Assembly: GCA_964558935.1 (NCBI GenBank)
Contig: CAZLFP010000004.1
Span: 28,001 to 92,000 of the forward strand
Source of the DNA: an uncultured Gammaproteobacteria bacterium
Lineage (GTDB): Bacteria > Patescibacteriota > Patescibacteriia > 2-01-FULL-39-33
Length of the DNA: 64,000 nucleotides
Reading direction: 5' to 3'
Translations under genes and position numbers: made by a program
Shown: positions 1 to 9,494 of the stretch, in pieces
Layout: the number at the start of each line of letters is the position of its first letter
Numbering within the stretch: the stretch's first letter is position 1
The notes under the pieces: model-generated
Told to the model about the DNA's origin: nothing
Database searches by the model: none
What the model saw: the letters and a program-made list of their open reading frames with translations, nothing else

Positions 1-128
1 GTCAGCAGTACACCCAGTACCAATACAACCCTGCCCAGCCATCGGCGCTTTTTAACTTTAAAGGGCGGATGAGTCAAAATTTCTTCTGCCTTGTCCAAAG
101 TTTCTCTAATCTGGAATTTGTCGGTCAT
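1..128 (-). CDS. 5' part of a membrane-anchored hypothetical protein (runs off the window)
   Basis: ATG at 128 overlaps the stop of the upstream GT2; open to the window edge: MTDKFQIRETLDKAEEILTHPPFKVKKRRWLGRVVLVLGVLL (basic patch then hydrophobic segment). Confidence 0.6.
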   Translation of the reverse strand, partial: MTDKFQIRETLDKAEEILTHPPFKVKKRRWLGRVVLVLGVLL

Positions 129-900
129 ATTTGGAATATTTTTTTAAATATTTAAGCCAGTCATTGATATGGATCCAAAAAATCTTAGACAATACCCCGC
201 TCTGAGCAGATTCACGACGATGGTAATGGACAATCTCCGCCTCAGCAAAGTAATGCACCTGGTAACCGGTCTGCCAAAAAGAGCGGCACCAAGCCACGTC
301 TCCGAAATACAAAAAAAGATCTTCATCCATTAAACCCACTTCTTTAATGATGCTCTGTCTGACCATAATGCAGGCACCCAGTATCCAATCAACCGGTCTG
401 GTGGTTTGATGGTCAAAGTCTTTCATCAAATAATCGTCTATTTTTCGTTTAGCGAACGGCAGATTACCCAGCCAAGTTCGGCGGTAAATGGGAACCATCT
501 TATCTGGAAAGCGCATGCAAGATAATTGAATGGAACGATCCGGATTCATTAACTTGGGACCGACCAAAGCCACTTGCGGATTAGCTTGCATATAGGCATA
601 CAGCTTATCCAAAGAATTATCTAAGATCGCAATATCGGTATTTAAAATTACAATATACTTACCGCTGGAATTTTTTATACCCAAATTATTACCCTTGTGA
701 TGGCCTAAATTCTGGTTGGAATCAATTAAAGTTGCTTGAGGAAACTTTTGTCTGACCATTTCCACACTACCATCCTGTGAATTATTATCCACCACTATAA
801 CTTCATATTCAACACTGGGCGGATAGGCATAAATCCCTCTCAAGCATTGCTTGAGCAGTCCTCTGGTTTGGTAATTGTTTATAATAATTGAGATTTCCAT
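106..900 (-). CDS. Glycosyltransferase family 2 (WbbL/rhamnosyltransferase-like)
   Basis: ISIIINNY, VVDNNSQDGS, LNTD, GACIMVR motifs. Confidence 0.9.
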   Translation of the reverse strand: MEISIIINNYQTRGLLKQCLRGIYAYPPSVEYEVIVVDNNSQDGSVEMVRQKFPQATLIDSNQNLGHHKGNNLGIKNSSGKYIVILNTDIAILDNSLDKLYAYMQANPQVALVGPKLMNPDRSIQLSCMRFPDKMVPIYRRTWLGNLPFAKRKIDDYLMKDFDHQTTRPVDWILGACIMVRQSIIKEVGLMDEDLFLYFGDVAWCRSFWQTGYQVHYFAEAEIVHYHRRESAQSGVLSKIFWIHINDWLKYLKKYSKYDRQIPD

Positions 901-901
901 A

Positions 902-1939
902 TTAAACTAGCCATTGTCTAAAGTCTGTCGGTTTGAGCTTAGCTCGCTTCAGAATGATTTGCCTTTTTTTGAGCATTTTAGGCATGAGTCTTAGTCTGTC
1001 CATAATGGCTTGGCAACTTGACCATTCCAAAAACAAAACATACATCAGTTTCTTAAATTCATACCAACAAATAGCCAACCAATCTCGTCTTAAATTACAA
1101 GCAAAATCATTTTTCAACAGCAAGAACCAATGATTCCGGTATGAAAAATATCTGGCTAACTTAGACTGTTTGTTTCGAGCACTGACTAATTGACCAAGTT
1201 TACGACTCTTAACTTGTTTCAAAGTTCGGATGTGGTACGCAACGGCAGAACTCACCATTAAAGCCGGCCAACCAAACAGTCTGGCCCGCCAAGCCAAATC
1301 CACGTCTTCTTTGTAAAAAAAGAAATCCGGATCAAAATATTCACCCTTAGGATTGAACTTACCCGTCAACTTACAATCCAACAAGGTCTGGCGTCGGTAC
1401 ATGACCAAAGCGCCCGATAACCCAAATACTTCCTGGTCAACCGGAAAATGACTGGCGGGTTGGTTAGCTCCCAGCTCGACAACCTGACGATTGCGCTTAA
1501 TCTGTAAACCGCAGGAATCGATAATCTGAGTCTTTTCCAGCTCCTGGTTATCCAGATTGATCAATTTCAATTTGAGCAATTTACCCCCAAAAGAACCATA
1601 AGACTGGAATCTGGAATCTTGTGCTTTTAACATGATGTTTTCTAACCAATCCGGTTCTAATAAAATGTCGACGTTGGAAAAAACCACGTAAGGTGAATGT
1701 AATAAATTGATTCCTTGGTTATGGGCAGCGGCAAAACCCAAATTCTGATGATTTTTAAAAACGGTAACCTGAGGATGATTCTGTCTGAGATATTCGACAG
1801 TGCCATCTTGCGAATTATTATCTATCACCAATACTTGGAAATCCGTGTAAGTCTGGTTGTAAATTGATTTTAAACAGTCCGGCAAATATTTCAGACTGTT
1901 ATATGTCACCAATTGAATTGTAACCAAAGGTAGTTGCAT
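902..1939 (-). CDS. Glycosyltransferase family 2
   Basis: VTYNS, IDNNSQDGT, NLGFAAAHN, FFFYKEDVDLAWR motifs. Confidence 0.9.
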   Translation of the reverse strand: MQLPLVTIQLVTYNSLKYLPDCLKSIYNQTYTDFQVLVIDNNSQDGTVEYLRQNHPQVTVFKNHQNLGFAAAHNQGINLLHSPYVVFSNVDILLEPDWLENIMLKAQDSRFQSYGSFGGKLLKLKLINLDNQELEKTQIIDSCGLQIKRNRQVVELGANQPASHFPVDQEVFGLSGALVMYRRQTLLDCKLTGKFNPKGEYFDPDFFFYKEDVDLAWRARLFGWPALMVSSAVAYHIRTLKQVKSRKLGQLVSARNKQSKLARYFSYRNHWFLLLKNDFACNLRRDWLAICWYEFKKLMYVLFLEWSSCQAIMDRLRLMPKMLKKRQIILKRAKLKPTDFRQWLV

Positions 1940-1940
1940 A

Positions 1941-3431
1941 TTAAACTTTCTTTTCCGTCACCCAAAAACCGAGTCGGTATTTACCGCCCAATAGCAATCT
2001 GGTTTGTGCATCCATAGCCGGAATTGAACCAAAGATGACCATGGTAAAAGGAAAGATGAGCCATTGGACGATCATAATTAAATAATTTACAGGGTGGTAG
2101 TGATCCGGTTTTTTGGGCAGCATTAAAGTGTACATAATCGAATTGAAAATCAAACCCACCATACCTACCGCCATCAAAGTTTCCAAGGTGTGAGGAGCAT
2201 TTTGAAAAAATGCCGTTGCCTGCTCTGCATCTGAAGCTAACCATAAAGGCACTCGTCCAAAAATCAAGATTAAAACCGGAGCAACCGCCCAGGAATACAT
2301 ACCTTCAGTTTGATTCCAAAAATATTTTAACCTAATTGAAAGAGGTATCTGCTTATTCCTGTCTCGACCAAAAAACTTCTGCCACATCCAGGGAAAATGT
2401 TCAACTCCCCAAGCCCAACGCCTCATCTGTTTATACTGGTTAACGAAGCTTTTCCAAAATTCTCCCATGTAGACCGTATCCATGGATAAAGTGATGAACA
2501 TTGGCACGACTTGGTAATCTCCATTGTAAGTAACCAACCCCTGCAAACAAATTCTGGAGTCTTCGGTCACAATGGTCTTGTCATGAAAACCCACATCCAC
2601 CAACATCTGAAAAGACATGCTATGGGAAGAAAAAGTCAACAGCTTTTCAGGACGAGACAAATCGGTCAACAACCAAAAAGTCGTAGCTGAAGCCACTACC
2701 CGGATTACCGGATTAGACTGCCAAATATTGTTGTTATACAAAATCAATGGCTGGTAGCTGGCATGGGTTGGATTGGGATGAATTAAGAACTGGTAGGTTA
2801 AATAGGCGAAGTATTCCGGATGAGGCAGGGTTTCAATATCAAAACATGAGACTATGATCTTTGGGTATGGAATCTGCAAGCGATCTATCTCCTTCTTTAA
2901 ATTTAATTCCATGTAATGAACATTAGAACCCTTGCCAGGCAGTTCATCCGGCATTGGCGGATGAACGGTAATCAGCAATCTGAAAAACTTGTCTCCATAT
3001 TCGGCTTTGATCCGGTCGGCAATCTGGCAGAAATTTTCCCGATCGCGTTCTTCTCCTCCCAAACAGACAATCATCCGGTCTTTGGGGTAATTGGTTTTGA
3101 GAAGTTCCTTAAAAGATCTTTCAATCACTTCATAAGGCTCTTTGTAAGTCGGATAAGTAATCACGTGGTAATACTCCAGATAATCCTTGTCCAAACTTTT
3201 AACTTTGTCCAACCAATTCAACGTAACGTGTCGGCGGTACTTTAACCAGGATACAATCAACCAAAACATTAGGTAGAATAACCTGACAATCCAATACACT
3301 ACGAAAATGATCACCACATATATGGCCCAGAGAGGTCTAACAACAGACAGAATAATAATGACTAAAAAAGTAATCCAGACCAGTAAGGCCGGGACCATTT
3401 CTATCCATCTGGGTTGTTTCTTTTCAGCCAT
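1941..3431 (-). CDS. Membrane-integrated GT2 (processive synthase-like)
   Basis: N- and C-terminal TM helices; PTYKE, GKGSN, TEDS and QMRRW (QxxRW) motifs. Confidence 0.8.
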   Translation of the reverse strand: MAEKKQPRWIEMVPALLVWITFLVIIILSVVRPLWAIYVVIIFVVYWIVRLFYLMFWLIVSWLKYRRHVTLNWLDKVKSLDKDYLEYYHVITYPTYKEPYEVIERSFKELLKTNYPKDRMIVCLGGEERDRENFCQIADRIKAEYGDKFFRLLITVHPPMPDELPGKGSNVHYMELNLKKEIDRLQIPYPKIIVSCFDIETLPHPEYFAYLTYQFLIHPNPTHASYQPLILYNNNIWQSNPVIRVVASATTFWLLTDLSRPEKLLTFSSHSMSFQMLVDVGFHDKTIVTEDSRICLQGLVTYNGDYQVVPMFITLSMDTVYMGEFWKSFVNQYKQMRRWAWGVEHFPWMWQKFFGRDRNKQIPLSIRLKYFWNQTEGMYSWAVAPVLILIFGRVPLWLASDAEQATAFFQNAPHTLETLMAVGMVGLIFNSIMYTLMLPKKPDHYHPVNYLIMIVQWLIFPFTMVIFGSIPAMDAQTRLLLGGKYRLGFWVTEKKV

Positions 3432-3442
3432 GATTTGTCTTA

Positions 3443-3471
3443 ACTATACCAAATATTCCAATTGAAATCAA
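3443..3471 (-). promoter_or_regulatory. Sigma70-type promoter for the GT2 genes
   Basis: Minus strand TTGATT-17 nt-TATAGT with extended -10 TG; -10 ends 11 nt before the ATG at 3431. Confidence 0.65.
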
Positions 3472-3502
3472 GACATAAAAATGGCTTGAATAGGCCAATA
3501 TT

Positions 3503-5083
3503 TTAAATTAAAGGCTTACCTGTCATTTCTTTGGGCTGCTTTAATTTCATAATTTTTAAGATAGTGGGTGCAATGTCAGATAAAATACCGGAGGGGCGGA
3601 TTAAGCTTAAATCCGAATTGGGGCCCTCTGGCATGCCGGCGGTTTTACCTTCATATTCGTTGCCGACGATAATGAACGGGACCGGATAAGTGCTGTGCTC
3701 TTTGTCAATATCACCAGACTGCATATTGACCAATTCTTCGGCATTGCCATGATCAGCTGTAATCAGAGCAATACCATTTTTACCCAAAATGACCTCAATC
3801 AGCTGTTTTAAATTAATGTCAATCACCTCACAAGCTTTAAGGGTGGCTCGTAAGTCACCGGTATGGCCTACCATATCCGGATTGGCAAAATTAACCACTA
3901 TGAAATCATAAGTGTCATCAAGCACTGCTTTGACTAATTTTTTAGTTAATTCTTTGGCAGACATCTCCGGCTTGTCAGCATATGAAGCCACTCGAGGAGA
4001 CGGTACCAGTAACCTGTCCTCACCTTCAAAGACTTCTTCTCTGCCACCATTGAAGAAAAAAGTGACATGAGCATACTTTTCTGTTTCAGCAATGTGTAAT
4101 TGTTTCAACCTGACATCAGATATTACCTTAGCCAAAGGTTGGTTAATAACTTCGGGCGGGAAAGCCACTTCAACCGGAATATCTTTTTCATATTCGGTCA
4201 TAGTTACATAATACAGATTATGAATGTATTCGCGCTGGAATTTTTCCAAACCAGGCAAAACAAAAGCTTTAGTAATCTGCCTGGCTCTGTCAGCTCGAAA
4301 ATTAAAAAAAACAAGACTGTCACCCGCTTTAACACTGGTTAACGGCTTCTGACCTTTGACTATCACAACCGGGACGAATTCCTCATCAAACACCTTGGCA
4401 GCGTAAGAAGCTTCTACAGCCTGAATGGGATCGGTAAAAGTTTTTTCAGCCTGACCTTGGGCAATGGCGCGGTAAGCCACTTCTGTTCTTTCCCAATGGT
4501 TATCCCGATCCATGGCATAGAAGCGTCCAGAGATGGTCGCTATTTGGCCTACACCAATTTCCTCAATCTTAGCCTGTATTTTGCGAACAAACTCAATTCC
4601 AGAATTATATGGCATATCTCGGCCATCCAATATCGCATGAATAAAAACTTTCTTGAATTTGACCTGCTGACACAACTCTAACAGAGCATACAAATGATCT
4701 AAAGAGCTGTGTACACCGCCGGAAGAACATAAACCCATTAGGTGCAAATCCCCCTTATTTTTCTTAGCCTGTTCAATTGCAGACAAGAATTTTTCGTTTT
4801 TAAAAAAATGACCATCGGTGATCGATTTGTTAATCCGAGGCAGATTCTGGTAAATCAATTTACCAGAACCAATATTTAAATGACCAACTTCACTATTACC
4901 AATTTCACCCCAAGACAAGCCGACAGCTTCACCTGAAGCCTGCAGGGTCATGGCTGGATAATTCTTAACCAAGCTGTCGTAAAAAGGCGTTTTAGCCATG
5001 GCAATTGCATTGGTTTTGGAGGGAGGAGCCACTCCCCATCCGTCTAAAATAATTAAAACTACCGGTTTTGGACGTTCTGACAT
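3503..5083 (-). CDS. gpmI: 2,3-bisphosphoglycerate-independent phosphoglycerate mutase (copy 1)
   Basis: ILDGWG, GNSEVGH, GRFYAMDRD, NFRADRARQ, ETEKYAHVTFFFNGG, DMVGHTG, ADHGNAE. Confidence 0.95.
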   Translation of the reverse strand: MSERPKPVVLIILDGWGVAPPSKTNAIAMAKTPFYDSLVKNYPAMTLQASGEAVGLSWGEIGNSEVGHLNIGSGKLIYQNLPRINKSITDGHFFKNEKFLSAIEQAKKNKGDLHLMGLCSSGGVHSSLDHLYALLELCQQVKFKKVFIHAILDGRDMPYNSGIEFVRKIQAKIEEIGVGQIATISGRFYAMDRDNHWERTEVAYRAIAQGQAEKTFTDPIQAVEASYAAKVFDEEFVPVVIVKGQKPLTSVKAGDSLVFFNFRADRARQITKAFVLPGLEKFQREYIHNLYYVTMTEYEKDIPVEVAFPPEVINQPLAKVISDVRLKQLHIAETEKYAHVTFFFNGGREEVFEGEDRLLVPSPRVASYADKPEMSAKELTKKLVKAVLDDTYDFIVVNFANPDMVGHTGDLRATLKACEVIDINLKQLIEVILGKNGIALITADHGNAEELVNMQSGDIDKEHSTYPVPFIIVGNEYEGKTAGMPEGPNSDLSLIRPSGILSDIAPTILKIMKLKQPKEMTGKPLI

Positions 5084-5087
5084 AATC

Positions 5088-6653
5088 TTAAAATAATGGC
5101 TTATTCATTAATTTACCTGGTTTAAGCTGCATGAGCTTTAGAATCGTGGGAGCAATATTGCTTAAATAGCCCTGAGAATTTAACTTTAATTTGCGACCAT
5201 ACTGGTGGCTGACCACAATAAATGGAACGGGGTTGGTGGTATGTTCCGTGAAGATTTCCTTGGTCTCTAAATTCAACATCTTTTCTAAATTGCCATGATC
5301 GGCTGTAATAATCAAAATCGCATTTTTTTTCAAACAAGCTTCAGCAATTTGTTTGACATATCCATCAACAGCCTGAGCGGTTTTTATACCGGCTTGTATA
5401 TCTCCGGTATGGCCCACCATGTCTGGACAAGCAATGTTAACTCCCAAAAAATCATACTTATCCAAACCTGCTAACAAATGCTGGGTAATCTCAGCAGTTG
5501 ACATCTCCGGCGTCTGTGCATAAGACCTCACATCGGGAGACGGTACATAAATCCGATCTTCACCAGCAATGGGATGGTCATAACCGCCATTAAAAAAATA
5601 AGTCATGTGAGCGTATTTTTCCCGTTCGGCAATGTACACTTGTTTGCGATCAACCAACAGACAAGTTAAGGTGCCGATTAAATCTTCAGATGGATAAGCA
5701 GTATAGATGCTGTCCAAATCAGGTCCGAAATCCGTCATGGCGACAAACACGATATCCCGGTAAATTTTCTTGCGTTTCGGTGCTTTGGGATTTAATTTTT
5801 CAAAATTCTTCTGAACAAAAGGTTTGGCCAACTGTCTAGCTCGGTCTGATCTCAAATTGAAAAAAATAATACCGTCTTTGTCTTCAATTCTGCAAACTGG
5901 CTTGGTTTGCTGGTAGATGACTGTCGGCTCAATAAACTCATCAGTGACATTTGCATTGTAAGCCTGTTCAATGGCCTGTTCAGCTGATTGGGCTTTATGC
6001 CGAGTGGAGTTTCCAGCCATGGTGTTGAAGGCTAAAATTGTCCTGTCCCAACTCTTTTTTCGATCCATGGCATAGAAGCGTCCCATAATACTGGCAATCT
6101 TCTCATTCTTCATTAATATTTTTTCCAGTTGCATGACAGACTTTAGAGCGGATCTAGGCGGTGAGTCTCGACCATCAGTAAACAGATGCAAATAGACCTG
6201 TTTCAAACCCTGCTTTCTAGCCAGGGTAAGCAAGGCCAAAAGATGATCCGGATCGCTGTGGGGACTTTGACCATTGGAAAGCAAGCCAATGATATGCAAA
6301 GCTGACTTATTTTTTTTAACATGTCGAATAACTGTGGTAAAGGCTGAATTTTTAAAAAACTGGCCCGTACTGATTTCCTTGGAGATCTTAACCACGTCTT
6401 GGTCAATCACCCGACCGGCACCAATATTTTCATGACCGGCTTCAGAATTACCAACTTGTTTTTGAGGCAAGCCAACACATCTGCCGGAAGCGCACAGCTG
6501 AGTCCATGAATACTTATGGTACAAGGAATCAAGATAGGGAGTCTTGGCCAAATAGATTGGATTACTCTCATCTTCAGGACCCAAACCCCAGCCGTCAAGA
6601 ATCAACAGAACGACCTGGTTTATTTGCGATTTGGTTGCTTGGGTAATTGGCAT
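5088..6653 (-). CDS. gpmI: 2,3-bisphosphoglycerate-independent phosphoglycerate mutase (copy 2, divergent)
   Basis: ILDGWG, GNSEAGH, GRFYAMDRK, NLRSDRARQ, DMVGHTG, ADHGNLE. Confidence 0.92.
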   Translation of the reverse strand: MPITQATKSQINQVVLLILDGWGLGPEDESNPIYLAKTPYLDSLYHKYSWTQLCASGRCVGLPQKQVGNSEAGHENIGAGRVIDQDVVKISKEISTGQFFKNSAFTTVIRHVKKNKSALHIIGLLSNGQSPHSDPDHLLALLTLARKQGLKQVYLHLFTDGRDSPPRSALKSVMQLEKILMKNEKIASIMGRFYAMDRKKSWDRTILAFNTMAGNSTRHKAQSAEQAIEQAYNANVTDEFIEPTVIYQQTKPVCRIEDKDGIIFFNLRSDRARQLAKPFVQKNFEKLNPKAPKRKKIYRDIVFVAMTDFGPDLDSIYTAYPSEDLIGTLTCLLVDRKQVYIAEREKYAHMTYFFNGGYDHPIAGEDRIYVPSPDVRSYAQTPEMSTAEITQHLLAGLDKYDFLGVNIACPDMVGHTGDIQAGIKTAQAVDGYVKQIAEACLKKNAILIITADHGNLEKMLNLETKEIFTEHTTNPVPFIVVSHQYGRKLKLNSQGYLSNIAPTILKLMQLKPGKLMNKPLF

Positions 6654-6654
6654 G

Positions 6655-7902
6655 TTATTTCAGCTCTTCCCAGATTTCCATCAACCGATTATACTTGGCA
6701 ATTCTTTCACCCCGAGACAGAGAACCGGTTTTGATGTACTCTGCACCAGAAGCCACAGCTAAATCTGAAATAAAATCATCCACCGTCTCACCGGATCGAT
6801 GTGAAATGGCAACCTTGTAACCGTTTTTTTGAGCCAATTTAATGCACTCAATAGTTTCCGTTAAGGTTCCAATCTGGTTTAGTTTAATTAAAATAGCGTT
6901 TCCAACCTGGCGTTTAATGCCTTCTTTCAATCTAACAACGTTAGTGACAAACAAATCATCTCCGACCAAAGCTATTTTCTTACCTAAAACTTTAGTTAAT
7001 TCTTCCCATCCTTCCCAGTCATCTTCCGCCAAACCGTCTTCAATCGATTCAATTGGATATTTATCTACCCATTTGGACATTAATTCTATTAATTGCTGTG
7101 AGCTTCTTTTCTTTTTATCCGCTTTCATATCATACACGCCTTCGGTGTAGAATTCAGAAGAAGCCACATCAATGGCAATCTTAACATCTCGGCCTAAGGT
7201 GTATTTGGCTTTTTGGGAAGCTTGCTTAATCAAATCCAAAGCTTTTTGGTTGGATGGCAGTTGAGGCGCATAACCGCCCTCATCCCCCACTGTCACCGGA
7301 TAATCTTTATCTTTTAACAAGCTCTTTAAAGCGTGGAATATTTCAGTTCCGCATCTGACGGCTTCTTTAATGTTCTTCTGCTGAGGAGTGATCATAAACT
7401 CTTGAACATCAATTGACCAACCGGCATGCGCTCCGCCATTTAAAATGTTCATCATTGGAACCGGAAAGCTTAATTTACTTTTATTCCAATATTTGGATTT
7501 TAAATAAGCATATAAAGGTTTTTTACTGGCAATGGCTCCGGCTCTGGCTACTGCCAATGAGACACCCAAAATGGCATTCGCTCCCAGTTTAGCCTTATTC
7601 TCTGTTCCATCCATCTCCAGCATAATCCGGTCTATCTCCTGTTGCTTTTTAGGATCTAAACCGATCACCTTAGGAGCAATTTTGGTATTAATATTCTTAA
7701 CGGCTTTTAAAACCCCTTTACCTGAATATCTTTTCTTGTCCCCATCTCTTAATTCCAAAGCTTCATGCGAACCGGTGGAAGCACCGGAAGGCACCGCTGC
7801 CCAAGCTTTGTGCTTGGAATCTAAAGTTACTTCAACTTCCACAGTCGGATTTCCTCGGGAATCCAGGATTTCTCTGGCCTTGACGGTTTTAATTTTTGAC
7901 AT
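6655..7902 (-). CDS. eno: Enolase
   Basis: ILDSRGNPTVEV, PSGASTG, VGDEGG, LIKLNQIGTLTE, SHRSGET. Confidence 0.98.
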   Translation of the reverse strand: MSKIKTVKAREILDSRGNPTVEVEVTLDSKHKAWAAVPSGASTGSHEALELRDGDKKRYSGKGVLKAVKNINTKIAPKVIGLDPKKQQEIDRIMLEMDGTENKAKLGANAILGVSLAVARAGAIASKKPLYAYLKSKYWNKSKLSFPVPMMNILNGGAHAGWSIDVQEFMITPQQKNIKEAVRCGTEIFHALKSLLKDKDYPVTVGDEGGYAPQLPSNQKALDLIKQASQKAKYTLGRDVKIAIDVASSEFYTEGVYDMKADKKKRSSQQLIELMSKWVDKYPIESIEDGLAEDDWEGWEELTKVLGKKIALVGDDLFVTNVVRLKEGIKRQVGNAILIKLNQIGTLTETIECIKLAQKNGYKVAISHRSGETVDDFISDLAVASGAEYIKTGSLSRGERIAKYNRLMEIWEELK

Positions 7903-7919
7903 GTTTTAATGATTATTAT

Positions 7920-8711
7920 TTACCAAATCTCGTAACTGATATATACTCTTACCATAACCTCATCGCTACCGGCTTCAATTTGAGGTGCTAGCGTATCTTC
8001 TGCACCACCAAAGCCCATAACAGCAGACTTGGCATAGTTATCGTAATATATTGGTTGATCTGAACTTTCGGAAAAATTAACCACCGGACCTAATTTAATT
8101 CCCAGCTGGTTAGCTAAGACTTTGGCTTTGGCTTGAGCATTGTCAATCGCTTGCTGTCTGGCCTGTTCTTTGTATGTTTCATCGTCATCTATGGTGAAAT
8201 TAGGTCCTGACACCTGATTAGAACCATTCTGTCCGGCTCGGGCAATAATCTCGCCAATATTTGCAAAATCCCTCACTTTCACACTAACGCTTTGGTTAAC
8301 TTCATAGCCAATAATTTCCTGCCGGTCATTGGCCCAAGAATACTTGGGTCGTATTGAATACTGGCTGGTTTCAATATCCTGGTCAGCAATCTTGAAATCA
8401 TTTTTAAGCAAACTCACAATTTGGTTCATTTTCTGTGTATTCTCGACTTGAGCTTGTTCTACGCTGTTTTTCTCTGTGGTTAAGCCAATGCTCAAACTGG
8501 CAACATCTGGAATCGCAGTTACCTTGGCTTCACCTTCCACTGTTATCCGGTCTTCAAATTCAGGCGATTGGCCAATGTAATTATACTCTTTCCAAGCATT
8601 TCTGGTTAGCATGACCAAATAGACAGCTAAAATGATTAACACAACAGCGGCTATTGGCATTAAAAAACGTTTGCGCATAAAAATGGGAGGCTGACTGTTG
8701 GGGTTTAACAT
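7920..8711 (-). CDS. SIMPL/DUF541 family protein
   Basis: N-terminal TM; ITVEGEAKV..PD; AR..AI..A..KA..LA..LG..LG; PQIEAG. Confidence 0.88.
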   Translation of the reverse strand: MLNPNSQPPIFMRKRFLMPIAAVVLIILAVYLVMLTRNAWKEYNYIGQSPEFEDRITVEGEAKVTAIPDVASLSIGLTTEKNSVEQAQVENTQKMNQIVSLLKNDFKIADQDIETSQYSIRPKYSWANDRQEIIGYEVNQSVSVKVRDFANIGEIIARAGQNGSNQVSGPNFTIDDDETYKEQARQQAIDNAQAKAKVLANQLGIKLGPVVNFSESSDQPIYYDNYAKSAVMGFGGAEDTLAPQIEAGSDEVMVRVYISYEIW

Positions 8712-8729
8712 AAGATTATATAATTATTA

Positions 8730-9491
8730 TTAATCTGAATCAGCAAGAATTTCCAATAAAAACAGAAACAAGTTAATGATATCCAAATACAGATTAACGG
8801 CCAAATCAACAGCTGTTCCCCATGATTCATCACCGGCCATTTGCTCCAAGCGGTTAAAATCAAACAGCAAATACAATGTAAAAATAATGGCACCCAAGTA
8901 GGCTCTGAGCATGGAAAATACCGGAGAATGAAAAATAAAAGCGTTTAACAGCGACATGATGATCAAAAGCAATAAAGCTACAAATAAAATACTGCCCAAA
9001 AAACCAAAGTCAATGGCAGTGAGAAAGACAATCCCGGCTGTGGCAAAAACAGCAAACGCAGTCGCAAAGATAGCTTGAGTGACCACTCCCTGCCATTGCT
9101 GAGCATAATCTGATGCTTGGAATTCCCGTTCAAACTCCTTGCCCTTGCTGACTAGTTCCTGTTGCTGTTGGTCGCTTAATTTTTGCCCCTTTTTAACAAC
9201 AATTCCTTGACTTTTTAAATACTTCCTAAGCTGGTATTGCTTGCCGTACAGGGTAATAACAGGACCGATTTCCCAGCCGATCAAAGCGGAAAAAATGGCT
9301 ACCAAGATGATGTTAACCGGAAACCAATTGGCAAAAAACAGAATGGCAAACAAAAAAACAAACGTAGCAATAACAGTTACCCACATTTCCCAAGCTTTCT
9401 CAAAAGCTTTGTTAAGCTTGGAGGTTAAAGCCGTAATCAGCAGCATTCCTCCCACAATTAAAAAAGTTCTGGCAAACAAAATGTCAAACAT
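8730..9491 (-). CDS. Bax inhibitor-1/YccA family membrane protein
   Basis: Multi-TM; YLLFDF and AVNLYLDIINLFL motifs. Confidence 0.85.
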   Translation of the reverse strand: MFDILFARTFLIVGGMLLITALTSKLNKAFEKAWEMWVTVIATFVFLFAILFFANWFPVNIILVAIFSALIGWEIGPVITLYGKQYQLRKYLKSQGIVVKKGQKLSDQQQQELVSKGKEFEREFQASDYAQQWQGVVTQAIFATAFAVFATAGIVFLTAIDFGFLGSILFVALLLLIIMSLLNAFIFHSPVFSMLRAYLGAIIFTLYLLFDFNRLEQMAGDESWGTAVDLAVNLYLDIINLFLFLLEILADSD

Positions 9492-9494
9492 ACT

